The notes below the pieces were generated by a model. It was not told where the DNA came from and ran no database searches. It saw nothing but the letters and a program-made list of their open reading frames with translations. DNA of 64,000 nucleotides. It comes from the human T2T-CHM13v2.0 reference genome, Homo sapiens. The DNA lies in the NCBI RefSeq assembly GCF_009914755.1, contig NC_060941.1. One strand, 5' to 3'. Numbering within the stretch: the stretch's first letter is position 1; each line of letters begins with the position of its first letter. Shown piece after piece: positions 42,921-58,540 of the stretch. The position numbers and the translations under genes were made by a program.

Positions 42921-44777
42921 CTGACTCTAGGTGCTTATAATAACCTCTGCCATCTATGGATGCATCAGCCTTGGTCCAATCAACCATACAGCAGAGATCA
43001 TATGTCTGTTGACTTGGCTGACTGGCTATATTTCACTCTAACTATAATCTAGCAGCAGGCAGGGGGCAGGATCTCACTAACTCTTGAAGATCTTAGTGGT
43101 GGTGGATAGATTCCTCTTCTGAAGTGAGCGACGGCTGGATACAAGCTGCTGCTCCATTCTGTTTCCCTCTGGGTGGGAAATAACTTAGGAATAAGGAGGA
43201 CAATGTGCTCTCAGTCTGCCTAACTGGCCCTTCTGTCTGGGCATCTTGTACCTAGCTAGTTCCCCAGGGCAGAAGTGGGACTCTAGCCAGCCTCCTCTTC
43301 TGAGATCAGACTGTACTTCCCTCCCTGATTAATGTCCCAGACTCTCACCTGTCATTCTTGGAACACCATGATTACTCAGTTTATTTCAATGCCATTCTCT
43401 GTCTACTCCTCTTAGAATGCCTGGGATGTAACTTTGAAATTGTTTGCCCAGCCTAAACTCAGCTCACAGGTAAAGGAGCTGCTCCCTCCCTTTCATATTG
43501 CTAAGATTTCCTTTATCTCTCCACTTGCTTCCCCCTCCTTCCTGCTAAATCCCACACAGTCCCTTCTCCTAGTAAGAGCTGCCAACTTGTTGACTGGCCA
43601 ATTCAACTCCATTTATGGCAAACATTTGTAGTTGTTCTGATTTTAATGGGGCTACCCTTTATAATAATGTTTTTAAAAAGTAGGTCACGAATAGAACCAA
43701 TAAAGATAAGAAATAATTTCTGGAGGCCAATTTCTCTTAAGACATTCTATATCAAATAAAAACTTTATGGTGGGTTTGAAACACTGAAACAGACCACTCA
43801 TGAGTAGTTATTAGAACATGGAGGAAAAACTGTTTGCCATTTTAGCATAGGTAATTTACAAAATGTCATTCTTTTCAATGTACTCAGAGGCACATGGGCC
43901 TATGGTGGGTTCTGCCAATTTCAAAGGTGATGATCTATGAAGGAGATTTGGATATGAGTACACAGGTGACTTCTATGTTCAGACATACTCTGTCATCATG
44001 TTCAAAAACAGCTTCCAAAAAGCACAGTTGGCATGTTGTGAGAAAAAATACACTTATATTCAATATATCCCTTTTTTATAAGTAACGCAGGGATCTATAC
44101 ATCTTTGACAATTTTGCTCTCACCTTAACTAGAGAACATATCTATGTCAACTAGCATATATTTTAGCAGTTGTAGAAGGTTGGAAATCTTAAAGGAAACC
44201 AGACTTTAGCCAAGTCTGGGAGGACCTGCCTTTCAGGGGCTGCTAAAGAATTGGTGGAGACATACATGGTAAGACTGAAAGCATTTGGATTTTCTTCACA
44301 ATTCAACACAATTCTCCTATAGTAGTCATTAAACTCTGATCAGGTTACCAGATTGGTAGTTTTCAGCACACTGAAATTCTTAGTTGCTGAGATTTATGAA
44401 AGCCATATTGAAAGACATTGAGGTATGGATTTGCCTATAGAGCAATTATTAATATATGGAGATTTCTCTTATAGTAGGCCTGAGTCCTCTTCTGACGCAC
44501 AGAGAGGGCCATGTTTTATGATTTTGGTGCATTTACTCTCTAAGCTCTCCAAATCCTCACAGCCATCTCTAAATGTTCTTTTATGGTATTTGCTTTATGG
44601 CCAAGATGTTATTAAGTATGAGAAATGAGGCATTTAGCAACATATTTGAATAAGGGAATAAGATGGGAGTGGTGATTCTAGTAAAGGAGCAGAAAGCTTA
44701 CTTATACCTCCTCTCCTTTATACGATACCACCTCCTCTTTCTGGTCATACTGAGTCTAGAGAGAAAAAGGGAGCCCT

Positions 44778-45087
<310 letters not shown>

Positions 45088-45269
45088 TCAATATTTCCTA
45101 TGAGCCCTTTTGATCCTCTGACCCTAAACAAATGCTGCATTTTTATCATTCATTTTTTTCTCCACCAGAAATCATAACAGCCATTATGTGCAATTCTGTG
45201 GTGAGAAAAGGAGACAGGAATTCTGAATATTGCTCCTTAATCTGTTCCTTGTTTTCTCAGACATTTACT

Positions 45270-45490
45270 TTTGGAGTCAGATGTATATGAACATTCCTGA
45301 TTTGCCACAGCTGAGCAGTATGGCTTTAGGAAAGTTACTTAACCTCTCTGATTCTCAAGTGTCCACATTGATGAAATGGGCATGGTAATATCTACTTTAC
45401 AGAATTACTGTGAGAATTAAAATGAGATATTATATGGAAAACAGCCAGTACAGTGCTTAGCACATAAAGGGCTCTCAATAAATGATTGCA
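45270..45490 (+). mobile_element. MIR SINE
   Basis: 'ggaaagttacttaacctctctg...gtgagaattaaaatgagata...acagtgcttagcacata...ctcaataaatg'. Confidence 0.85.
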
Positions 45491-46259
45491 ACAGTAATTT
45501 CTGATAGCAGTGACTCAGCTTGGGGAAAAGTCTTAAACAGGTTGGGGAGGCTACCTCAAATGCTTGATGAAAGGAGAAAACATAGAAACAAACAAGAAGA
45601 CAAATGAGGTGTCATTCATTTTACCTTACAGAGAAGATCTGCTGTATAAGACTAAATTTTAGGTGTTTCTGAATGTGGGATTATTGTTAGACCACAGCAG
45701 GAAGGCTGTTTCAATCATATAGGGATGCATATAAGAAATGTGAAGCCTGGAATATATAACAAGATTTATTTTTATAACCTTCAGTGAGAGGTATTGTGCA
45801 AGTATAAATTATATATTTTCACTTTTGTAATTATACCTAAACCACATACTCCCAGAAGATTTCATTATGTAATTCCTCAAACTTAACTTCAAGTTTCCTT
45901 TATAAAGCAATGTTCTATAAAATTGCAATTTTCTATAATATTGCCATTGCAATTGCTATATGTAACACTTCAAATAGTATATGTGGGATCTCTAGGTATT
46001 TGAACTAGAAAAGCAAAAATAAAGGTTATGAATTCAGCCAGAGGCAAACAACCAACTAGGAATTACTGAGTGGATCTAAGTTATATAAGCATTCAACAGG
46101 CAAATTAACATCTACAACATCCCATAACAAACACACACACACTCGACTTCTTCCTCAAGAGCAAGAGTTCTTTTGGCTTTGAAATCAGCTTACTAGTTGC
46201 TTCCCCACTTTCTTATAACTCCTCTTCATATTGCTCATCTTAATCATCTAGATAATTTT

Positions 46260-46588
<329 letters not shown>

Positions 46589-47752
46589 CATCTAGATAAT
46601 TTTAATTTCTTTATCAAAGTTATTTGGCAAATTGTGCCAGTGCCACAGCTAGAACACAGGAGTGACTCTTACCACCTGGTTCGACATTTTCATTACCTAT
46701 AGTCAGCAACATCCCTCAAACCTACAAAATTCACAATAATAATAGAAAATGAAAAATATATCTAATAAGCAACCTAGGCTTTAAGAGAATATCAGGGTAA
46801 TTACATTTTTTTTTAGTAGAACCAAAGGTAAAACTATTATATATCGTTCCAAGATTCTAACTAAAAGAGTGTACACAAAATATTAAACTCGAAGGTGTGA
46901 AAGGAAGTGATATATGATTCCTAATAACACGGAATAATGGTATAATTCAAAGCAGAAACATAGTTCCTACTAGGCACAGAAATTTTTGGTAAGAAAGAAA
47001 AAAAAGGAGGCATTTCTGAAAAATAAAAATGCCAATATAAAGCATACTTTTATAAAAACTTCTCAGTACTAATTTTTATTTGCTCTCTGACTATTAAGTA
47101 CTAAAACAGGGTTAAATTGATTAGTTTGCTTGCTATTATTTATCAGTTAGTTAAATGCTGCTCAGACTCTAGAGTTCATTAGCTTATCAGTCAAATACCC
47201 GTCAGCTGTACATAAGGTCTCATATACCAGCTTGCTTATCAACACATATATACAAACGCAAGTGGAAAAGAAAGCCTATTTAAAATGTATATTTAGAATT
47301 GTTCACAGTAAATATTTGACACAGTTAACCAAAATGTCTTAGCACTCTCTTACGTCTTACATAGCATCATAATAAAAACACGTAACAGAATTCAAAGCAG
47401 ATGGAGCTCAAAGCTAAGCCATAAACTTGTGTTTTTTAAAAAAGAGAAAAATTGGTAAAAACATGGACTGACTCAAGAGGAACTTGGTATATCTTTAATT
47501 TAATTACTGTATATTTAGTAACAGTGTTACTTAATTTGACAAATATTGAATTCTCTAATTGATTATTTGCTAGTCTGATTTCTATGAATTCATGGGAGAG
47601 TTTAAGACAAGTGGTAACATTTAATGAAGGCGTGTTCTGATTAATTATCTCTCAGTGATCTGTCTGACATACAGTGAGTTATGAAAGTCATCAATAATTT
47701 CCCCTTATTTTTAAATAGCAATAATTCTCTCTCTATAAGAAGTTATATCTTA

Positions 47753-48344
<592 letters not shown>

Positions 48345-49984
48345 CTACTTGTAATATAACATGAATAGTGTGGCTTCAGGCAATTGAACAGAGAAGTGAA
48401 GCTGAACGCTGCTATGCCAACCAAATGGCAAATGTGACACCTGATAATGTAAAACAGAGGCATCCCCAGGGCACCATGTAAAATTATTATAAAGTGGTGA
48501 AATAACAATATAAAGTTAATTTTATTAAAATTAACAATACTTCCCATCAGCACAAGACAATCTATATTCAAAATTAAAACAGTAGGAATGTTTATCTATT
48601 CAAGCATTCTGATAGGCTAAATATTGTTGACTGCTAAAAGAAATAAAGTTTTCAAGACTCTTTTTCCTATATATTCATAAATACTCATGCTTATGAGTAA
48701 TATCATATTCAAAGGCCTGAAATTAAAAACATGTTTCCTTATGAAATTTGGTATATTTGGCATGTCATTAAAAAAATTCCTGCCTACTTTTTAAAAAAAA
48801 ATTTGATATCTTGGAAATAAAAGAAGGGATAAACTGATCAAATTTTGCACTGTACTGTTTAACTACAATAAATAGAAATAGGTAAAATTAGTAATTTCAC
48901 AGCATTATTTAAATATTAATGTTTGCTGATTTCTACTACTTTCTGATATTTGAAAAACTGATCTGCATTCACTTGCCAGCTGTGAGGTGTTGTGTTAAAC
49001 AGAAGTATAAATTTTTAGGCTCTGTTAGCTTTCATAAAATAATACTGAGTGTTTTTTCTTGATTACAAAAAGAATGCAAGTTCATTACAGAAAAAAATGA
49101 AAATACAGAAAAGTACAAGGAAAAAAGAAATATTAGCCCTATTATGTTGTAATCTGTAGTCATTATTAACACTTTAGAACACATCCTTTCAGTATTTTTA
49201 TCTATGCACCAATAAGTATATATATATATTTAAAAATTAATATTTAATCAAAAGTAAGCCTGAATGAAGACTACGTCATATTACAAAATGAATTTTATTT
49301 TTTCATCTAAACTAAAGGAGTATTTCAGAACATGTACCATGTTTCACCTAAAGAGTGGCTGCAGTTATATAATAAACTACATCTGCTGAAGAACTGAACA
49401 TTAGTTTAAAATCCAGGAGTTAAGCAGTCAATAGTACCCTGAAGTGGGTGATGGAAATATTCTCAGAATTAGTATGAATTTTATTATTAAGGGACAGATG
49501 GATTTATAAGATCTCAAAATTTTGAGGCACATTCTCTATTTTAGATACTTGAAAAATCTGTTTCATATGTTTGGATATCAAAGTCCACTAAATCTACTAT
49601 GATAACAATTCGTCTATGAGGCCAGTTTCATGTCCTTGATGATTAGAAACTAAACATGGGTTACAAGGTAGAGAAAGGGGCAATTCAAGAATTATTTGTA
49701 ACTAAAGATGGTATGTTTTTTAATGTTATTATCAGAGGAAAGAAACAAAACCATTAAAAAATTATGTAACATTATTAAATTTAATTCAAGCCAATAATCT
49801 AAGCTTACACTGAACACTCATTCCAACTATTTAACCCTGGCTGCTGAGCTGAGGCTATAACAGCAGGTGGGTTATCAGACAATGCACTAGAATTTCACAA
49901 GATCGATTAAGTCAGAAGATAAACAAGAACTTCCCCAGCCTCTTTTATTCTTCCCGGATAATCTGTTTTATGTTCTTGAGGAAG

Positions 49985-50210
49985 GAAAGGCAAATCTTAA
50001 GCTTTACACTGTACCTTAGCACACTTTGTCTCTCTTCCCTATTTTATTTCTCACATAGTTTACATTACATCATGTCATTTCATTTATTGCCCCCTGAGGA
50101 ATGCAAACTATGTGAAGGCAGGGTTTTCCACTGACATATCTCCAGTGCCTAGAACAGTACCTGGCACATAGTAGGTGCCCAGTAAATATCTGTTGAATAA
50201 ATGAATGAGA
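49985..50210 (+). mobile_element. L2 LINE 3' end
   Basis: 'ccagtgcctagaacagtacctggcacatagtaggtgcccagtaaatatctgttgaataaatgaatga'. Confidence 0.9.
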
Positions 50211-50252
50211 TTTCTGTAACTGGATAATTAGGGTTAGCAGAAGTCAATTTTA

Positions 50253-50586
<334 letters not shown>

Positions 50587-53224
50587 TCATAAACTTTTGC
50601 TCAGAACTTGCATTTCTCTAACTTTGCAAGCACAAATTTTTATACCTGTTGACCACCTTCATGGGGTTACTTTGAAAATAGTAATTACTAAAGCCCACTT
50701 CACTGAAAATTTGAGAGTTAATTTTTAAAATTTCTGAATTTTGGGGCCACTGGTGCTGGAAAAAAAAATTACTCTCTCTGTTCTCTTTCTTGTAAAAAAT
50801 TCAGTGCTAACCCACACAAATCCAGACAGCTGCCTCATCTATTCTGCTTCATCTATTCTCTTGCTGAGGACATTCTATATTCTTAGGTTCCTATTGAACA
50901 ACAGCACCATTCTGAAAAATTTGCGTACTGGCAATCAAATCATTCTGCAAACAGTAACGCAGATTCCAATGATAAGATGAGTGAGCAGGATGCAAGAACA
51001 TCTTAAAGATCACCTGCCACACTTGTGTTTGAGGTGCTCAATGGCTGTTTACACCAAGTGCCATCTGGCTCTATAGATATAATAACAATTATTCCATTGA
51101 GGTGTGTAGCTCCCTAAATCATATTAATATACAATGATTCCGCTAGTCTTATAGGAGTTGATGTCTTTGTGCGCTCTCATTTAACCTGGGTAATGCGCTA
51201 AAACAAGTCTGCCTCATCATTAAGAATTGATTTTTTATTTATGTGAATGTCACTGGCAATCCCATGATATCCCTTTGTAATTCAGTTGAACAGGACTGCA
51301 TACTAGCGTTAATCTATTTTTATGGCATATCTTTAAAAATTTGCAACATCTTGCTACATTTGGATATTTATATAGAGATTTGTGTTCCTGCAGAAAGCTG
51401 TTGTTAGCTTTGGAGATCCACTTCATATAGCAATAGGGCAAGTATCTAATATACTTCATTAGCTATCTTATATCAGATAAGGGTTTATTTCTTTAAATTA
51501 TTTAACCTTGGTATAACCTACTAAAATCACATAAATCACAAATACACTAATGAAAATCATTAGTTTAGCCTATTCAAAAAAAAAAAAAAGAAAGAAAGAA
51601 AGAAAAGAAAAAAGAAAACTTCCAACAGGGATAAAATTAAAACATTTTAAAATCAGCCCTCTGGAAGCATTTCATGAAAGTAACTTGGTGAATTTGTCAT
51701 GATCACTCATTTCTTAATGTTGTCATTGGTCAATCGTTTAGTCATTGATGTTAACAACTATTCTGATGTGCTAACATTTGTAAAAAAAACCAAAAAAACA
51801 AAAACACATCGCTTTTTTTCTGGCTGATTCAAAATCTGATTTTAAAAGTCATAGTTACAACTATTTATAAATATGCCTTCATGAGTTTTGCTAATTTAAA
51901 ATGAGATAAACACAATAAGCAACAATAAAAAGAAAAAATACATATTTTAAGATACCAAGAAAAAATACTACATCACAAAATTATACTTTAAATCTAGTCT
52001 TCCCAACAGTATTTACAAGATTATTAAATAATTACCTTATGGGGAAGTTCTGTCAGAACACCTCTCATATTTGGATGAGTATTATAGACTTTGAACCTGT
52101 TCATAAAGCAATAGCAAGCTTCTTCAGAAAGTCACTGAATTTTGGGCATGGGGAGATATGGTAAGTTATACTGCAGGTCTTGACCATTTCATGCTGCTGC
52201 TTTAAAGGCAGAATTACTCTTATGCTGTTGAATTTATCATACACAATTACTGATACTGCAACTCATAAGGAAGTTAAGCAAAGTTTCAGAACAAATAAAT
52301 GAGGTAACAATTTTTCAAATCTAAAGGATTTTGAAGAGGATTGTCACTGCAAACTATAAACTACTGTAAGATTCTTGGTCTAGAACAATCTCTTGTGGAT
52401 TATTTAGACAATTTTTAAAAAAGCACACTGGGGCAAGTTCATTTTTCTAACTTGAAAATATACGTCGTAAAACTTAATTAAAGGCTCAAACTTAAGAAAG
52501 ACACATTCATAAAAAATCTACATTTGAGTTAGATTGTGAAATCTATGTAGTTTTCAATATAATATATTAATATCTGTAATCCTTAAGCTGTAATTTTTAC
52601 AAATATGTTTTCCAAGAGCTGCATAAATTAACTTCTTTATGTATTGTATATGTTATAAATAACTAGAAGGAATTACGTACTTTTATATTCAATAAATAAA
52701 TACATTTAAAGCTCAGATACTTTCACTAAAATAGATCCACAAAGAAGCTTGGAATGTTCTTCTGTGGTCTTCAGAACTATGTGTGGTGAGCAATTATCAG
52801 GAATAATACATGTGTCTGTTTTTGAATTCAGTAAGCCTTCTAAACATTATTTTAAAACTACTCCACAGAGATGATAAAAGGTGTATTAATCACCTAAATG
52901 CCTATAAATTGAGATTTAAGGTCAGAGATATTCCCTTAGTTTACTTAAGATATTCCTTGGATATCCCTTAGATATTTCCCTAGTTGTCCCACACGGGCTT
53001 GCTTGATCACACATCATATCCTGGTACATACGAGGTTCTGAGTTAGCACTGTGGAATTGGTGTACAAGGCTTACAAGTCAGCTTTTAAAACGTAATAATG
53101 ATAGCATCTATAATACTATTCTAGTGATTCTATGCTTTTCTTTTTGTTAAAATCATCCCTTATTTTAGGAATAAGCTAAGTAAAGAGGGAACATGGAGTC
53201 AGACTGAAATCTACTTCAGGGCTC

Positions 53225-54020
53225 ACCTTTGTCGGATGAACAGTGAACGCTCTGACATTGACATTCACAGCAGCATTGCTGCCGGGTATTGCTATAATTT
53301 GCTCTCTATGATTGTTCCTTTAAACAAAAAGCTCTGCGCTCAGCATGCAAAGAAGTTAGAAGTGCGGGAAGGAGGGGGAACCACACATATAAGAGGAGAG
53401 AGAGGAAAAAACTGCAGATCAATCATTTATAATTAACAAAAATCCGATTGGTGCTTTAAATAGAGATCAATGTGTTCCAGGCTGCCTGGATTGTGGGGAT
53501 GTATTCACCTTCTGGTAACTCTCCAAGCAAGCTGTCACACCTACAGAATCACCATTTGTTTTCTTAACAAAGCTTCAGGGGGCGCCAGGCTCTCATTGAA
53601 ATTTCATTAATCTAATGGAGTAAAGTCCTATAGAAAAAAATCAAATTCTCGTTGGACGAGATGCTACCTGGGAAAGATAACCTCTGTTTGAACTCTCAGA
53701 CTCGGATCTCTCTGCTATTAGTCTGAGGAAACAGACAGCAACAACGCTGATTACAGCCACCGGCCTCAACAATTTTTTTTTCTAACTAGCAATTTCGAGT
53801 GCAAGTGCCACAGTGTCAGCTAAAGAAACACAACTGCGGGTTTTCTGCAGAGCAAAATGGTTCTGAAATGTCACTGAATAGCTCACAAAGGACGCCAATC
53901 TACGACAACAGAGACATAAGCATATAGGAGAAAGGGTCCACACATCCTCCTTTCAAAGGTATGTTGTTTACATGCATGTAATTTGTGAAACCCACAGCTA
54001 TTCAATTCAGGGTTTTCGCA
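53225..54020. promoter_or_regulatory. Candidate highly conserved non-coding element / enhancer
   Basis: About 17 CpGs in roughly 800 bp of unique sequence inside a repeat-poor zone; Sox-like ATTGTT/ACAA sites, TAAT cores, CTCF-like GCTTCAGGGGGCGC at 53572-53585. Confidence 0.45.
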
Positions 54021-56808
54021 GAAGTCTAAACCAAAATCTGTGTAGAAAGCAATTATCAAGATTCCTCCAAAAGTCACAGAAATTTGGGTGTGGGGAAATT
54101 ATGACATGTTATACACATAAATAGATGCCCTACATAGTACATGACCTATATAGTATAGTCTTCAAGTTCCCAAGACATCAATTATGGCTGTTACGTGGTG
54201 ATGATACTTCAGCATCACCTCCATGTGATTTGACTCACAAGTTTTCAAAAGTGGCCTAAATCTGGACATGTCAATATATAGTAGCAACAGTTACTTTGAG
54301 AGGAAAATATGGAATGTTGATTCCTTAAAGTTCTTTCCAGGAATGTCCCCATGGCTCATCTGACACATGGTAAGGGTATATGATGGTACACCTATGTGAC
54401 AAAAAGAGCCAGCATGACAAAGGCTGCATCTATGCCAAAGTAAAATAGCTTTTGGTACTGCTTATTTTTTCCCAACTTAAATGGCTATTTGTAAAAATTT
54501 AAATGACTAACAGACCAGTAGTTTTAGGCACAAAAGTCTAAAACAGAGAATGAAACAACCTGTAGAAAGCCCTCTGCTAGACTCTTATATGATCACTATG
54601 TTTTGCACGAAGCAACTGGGCAAAGGAAGTTGACTTCAATCGGGCAAGATCACAGTCAAGTTCAGCACTGCTTTCTGATTCCATAGACGTCTAAATCTGG
54701 AAGTGACAGTGCAAACCTTACTTGTGTTAAGGAAGAAGACTTATTGTACTTTAAACTAAAAAGAGAAACTAGTAATTTGAACATAAACTACAACTTGTAT
54801 TTCCTTTCTTTTTAAAGCAGGGACCTAAAAATTGTAGCATATGATAAGGAGAAAAAAGTCATACTTTGAAAAAAGAAAAGGAAGGTCATGACATCCTAGG
54901 CAAGCAATTGAAAGGATTCAAAAAATTCTGAGTCCATCTTTAAAGATACTTTTTTTCTTTTACAATAAGCTTGCCGTTTTTCACCTAGGTCACAGAAAGC
55001 TTGCTGCAGATCAGGAAATGTCTTCAGTTTCCAAAGCCTCTCATAGCAGTGAGTCACTTCCTCTTTTTTTTTTTTTTCCATTTTCGCTGTTTATGGGTAA
55101 ACATTGCTCTATTTGGATATATTTAATATTTTTGTGTCTGGCACAAATTTATCCATAAGGATCTAGCTTCTTTTCATACGTAATTCCTTTAATTTCCTGT
55201 CTGAGATCCACCTGTAGAATTATACTTCCGGTCTCCATCTACATCCTGTTTAAAGATATCACCGAGAGTGATATACCAATTTTTTAAAATTCTAAGCATT
55301 AGGAAAATGAGTACATAACACATTTATGTGTCTATGTGTATATACTATTTATGTAAACATATAATATATGCAAAACATATATGCATATACACATACGATA
55401 TATGCAAATCTGTATATAGAAAAACTTAGTTTACTCAAGATTATTAAAATTGATCCTGGGAACAAAACAATACACCTTTTCTAGGCATTTATCCCTACTA
55501 TAGAGACAGAGAAAGAAAGATTGTGAGAGGGAGACACACACATTCAGATGAGCCTTCAGGGAATTGTATGAACTTTTGAACCAGAGATGGAGAGCCAGAG
55601 CCCAGCCTGTTCCCACTTTAATAAACATTTTTTTCTTCAATTAATTAAGGTTTGGAAAGAAAAAAAAACCACAGAAGAGAAGTAATTTAGCATGCAATGC
55701 ATACTTTACAGATGGATCCTACCTTCGGATGCTTATTAAATCTATGCATGACTGCGCTGGAGAAAATTAATTGCATTGTTTCTCACTATTGGAAAATAGG
55801 TTGCAAACAGCTCAAAAATAAAAAGGAAAATGAAGCAAGGTGGTTGTTGTTGTTTAAAAAAACAGCTATAGTATAAAAGAAATACTTTCAAAGTCCTAAA
55901 ACAAGTAATACCCACGACTGGCATAAGAGCATAGATTTCTTTAAAATTGTTTTGATGTTTCAAAATACCATATATGCTGCCAGAATACATGTATCTACTT
56001 TAAGTTTGCAAATATTCTGGTCTAACTAAAATTTCCTACTCAGTAGCATTTGAACTATTCAGTTAAGTGGTAAGTTTTTGTTCAAATCCTGCTGTGAGGA
56101 AAGATTTACGTGAGCAGCTGGGAGTAGACACTGGCACACATTCACTGCATCATGGTTGGCTGGTATTCTCTCCATTCCAGTCTTGGGAAAAAGTGATAAC
56201 TTCCTCATTTTTTCAGAGAAAAATAGAAAATATTATTATAAAATATTCAGAATACAGGTAATCATTTGCATTTTATCATCTTTAATTAGGAAAAAAAAAA
56301 GCACTACAGCTTCAGAAACTGAAGCCATTTTTCCTTTTCTGAAGGCCTGCTGGTGGAAGTTGAACTGTAACCTCTCTTAGACTGTCCTGAAAATGACCTT
56401 TATCAAACTTGAAAGGAGCATTCTCTGTCTAAGGAGTTAGACATTAATTTTCCTAACTCACATATTTCTAGATTTAAAAAAAATCCTTGTGTTACTTCCT
56501 TATAGACACTCCTTTTGGTAGGCCTTACCCTGTTGTTGACTGACTAAAAACATTTCACTTAAGAACTTCTAAACTTACTTGATTCCATGACCTAAATAGA
56601 TGGTGGTTTTATTTTACTCTTTCACCTACTCTAAGTCTATAAATCAGTCTCTCTAATCCCTGGTTAACATGGTTATTTTAAACTATTTATCATGACACAA
56701 ATTTTGCTAAAAGTAACAAACTAAGTACATATAAATAAATGAATCAGTCCTGTGTACAACAAGTTTTGTAGATACGGGTAAATATATACATTTACTAACA
56801 TTGAGATT

Positions 56809-56930
56809 TATTTATATAGTGCCTTTCACCAGCAGATCTTGAAGAACAATATAAATGACCTTATAACCTTATAAATAGTTACAGCTATTATCATTCTTAG
56901 TTAGGAATGGGGCAAAACAAGATCATAGAT
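56809..56930 (-). mobile_element. Ancient amniote SINE relic (MIR1_Amn/AmnSINE-type tail)
   Basis: Minus strand reads '...gatctgctggtgaaaggcactatataaat', like the recalled tail 'gagatcct..gatgaaaggcgctatataaat'. Confidence 0.5.
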
Positions 56931-58485
56931 AGTACAAAACTTCTAAAACAAGTGTTCACTTTTATTCCCTTGCTTTAACTTTTAAATCAGACCTACCACC
57001 CTTTTAGGGTATTAACCAATTAAAAGTAGAGTCTCATCAATGATTAAAAATATATATGGTTCAGTTCAGGCACGATTCAAAAGAAAAAAAGCCATGCTGC
57101 CATGAGAAACTAAAGTCAAAACCAAGCCAATGCCTTGAGCTGCTAGAGTTTTTGTAAATGTGACATAAAAATGTGTGGTTCTTATTTTATTGGTTATTAA
57201 AAAGAACAAAAGGGCCTATAAGGGAATGGACCTATGTAACTTTACCATTTCAAAGAACCATTGAAGGTATAAAAACAGGGCTGGCTTCAGAAATTTTGGC
57301 AGTCGCAGTCTTACTTAAGCCAAACCACTCTGATAGGTATAAAATGCCTGAATAATATAAGCGGGAAAAGGTCCAAGAAGGGAGATTTCTTAGTTTAAGG
57401 CACCTGAACCTGTTTCCTGTTTTCAGAAAGATCTCTTCTGTTTGCTGCACTCCAACCTTGAGCAGCCACTCCCACAGGGCTGACTGCAGCCTATACCTGC
57501 ACATTTGACCTGCCTCTTGATTCCAGACTCTTTCCAGATGTTCCAGCGTTTATCTTTTAAAAGTTTCCCTTGCAGTTGACACCATCTTCCCCACCTTAAA
57601 TATTTATTGGAAATGACAGTTCTGTATGTCATCCTTAGCTATTGGTCATCTAAAGTTTCCGGACTTCTATAAAGAACCTGTCACATTAGAGTATTTTATT
57701 ATCTTTCTGCATAAGTCAGAGTGAGCGTCAACAAACAACTAGTCAGAAGCTGCGGGCAAAGCAGTTTTGGTAGCATGGATAACTCAGGCTCTCCTTGGAC
57801 TGATTCTGATTGACTATGTGGAAGGGGTTACCCTGGATTCCCAATTCTAGAAAAGTAGATGATTGAATTCACTTTCAGGAATCCAAGAGTTTAGAATAAG
57901 TTTCAGATTTTGAGATACTGACTATAAAATAAGAATAGTTAAAAGACAAAAATTAAAAACTCTTAACTGTTTTAGACTTTATTTTATATTTCTTATGCAT
58001 CTTACACTGAGTAGTACACTATTCCCTTGGAGCAAAAAGCTCCCTGATGACTACGTAATTCGCTTCAAGACACTATGTTTTGATTTAGCAAATCCCTGTA
58101 TTCATTTATTTCATGAGATCCTGTTTTCATGAAAGAGTTAAACTCCTTCTATAAGGTAAAGAGCTTAATCACTATGGGATGAGATATTTTTTCTATTTTC
58201 CAGTGCAATTACTCTTTTTCTTAAATCTAATTGAATTCACTTTCCATGTTAGTGGGGGAAGGGAAGTGGGTAGGAGGGATGCAGCATATGTTAGAAGACA
58301 AATAGTGTAAACTGTAGACCTTTTAATACAGTGGATTTTTGTAAAGATAAAAAATTGTGATCTGATAAAAATGTTTAATATTCAGTGGTATGGCAGGCGT
58401 GGGGGAAATTTTGACCATCAGAAACTGGATTTTGTGTATGGAGAATATCAGGGACATTGCATAAGGAACATTCGTATTTATAATT

Positions 58486-58540
58486 TATAAAGCACCTTGG
58501 GATTCTCTAGACGAAAAGCACCATATAAATATGAGCATTT
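58486..58540 (+). mobile_element. Ancient amniote SINE 3' tail (AmnSINE/MamSINE/MIR1_Amn-type)
   Basis: 'tataaagcaccttgggattctctagacgaaaagcaccatataaatatgagcatt'. Confidence 0.5.
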
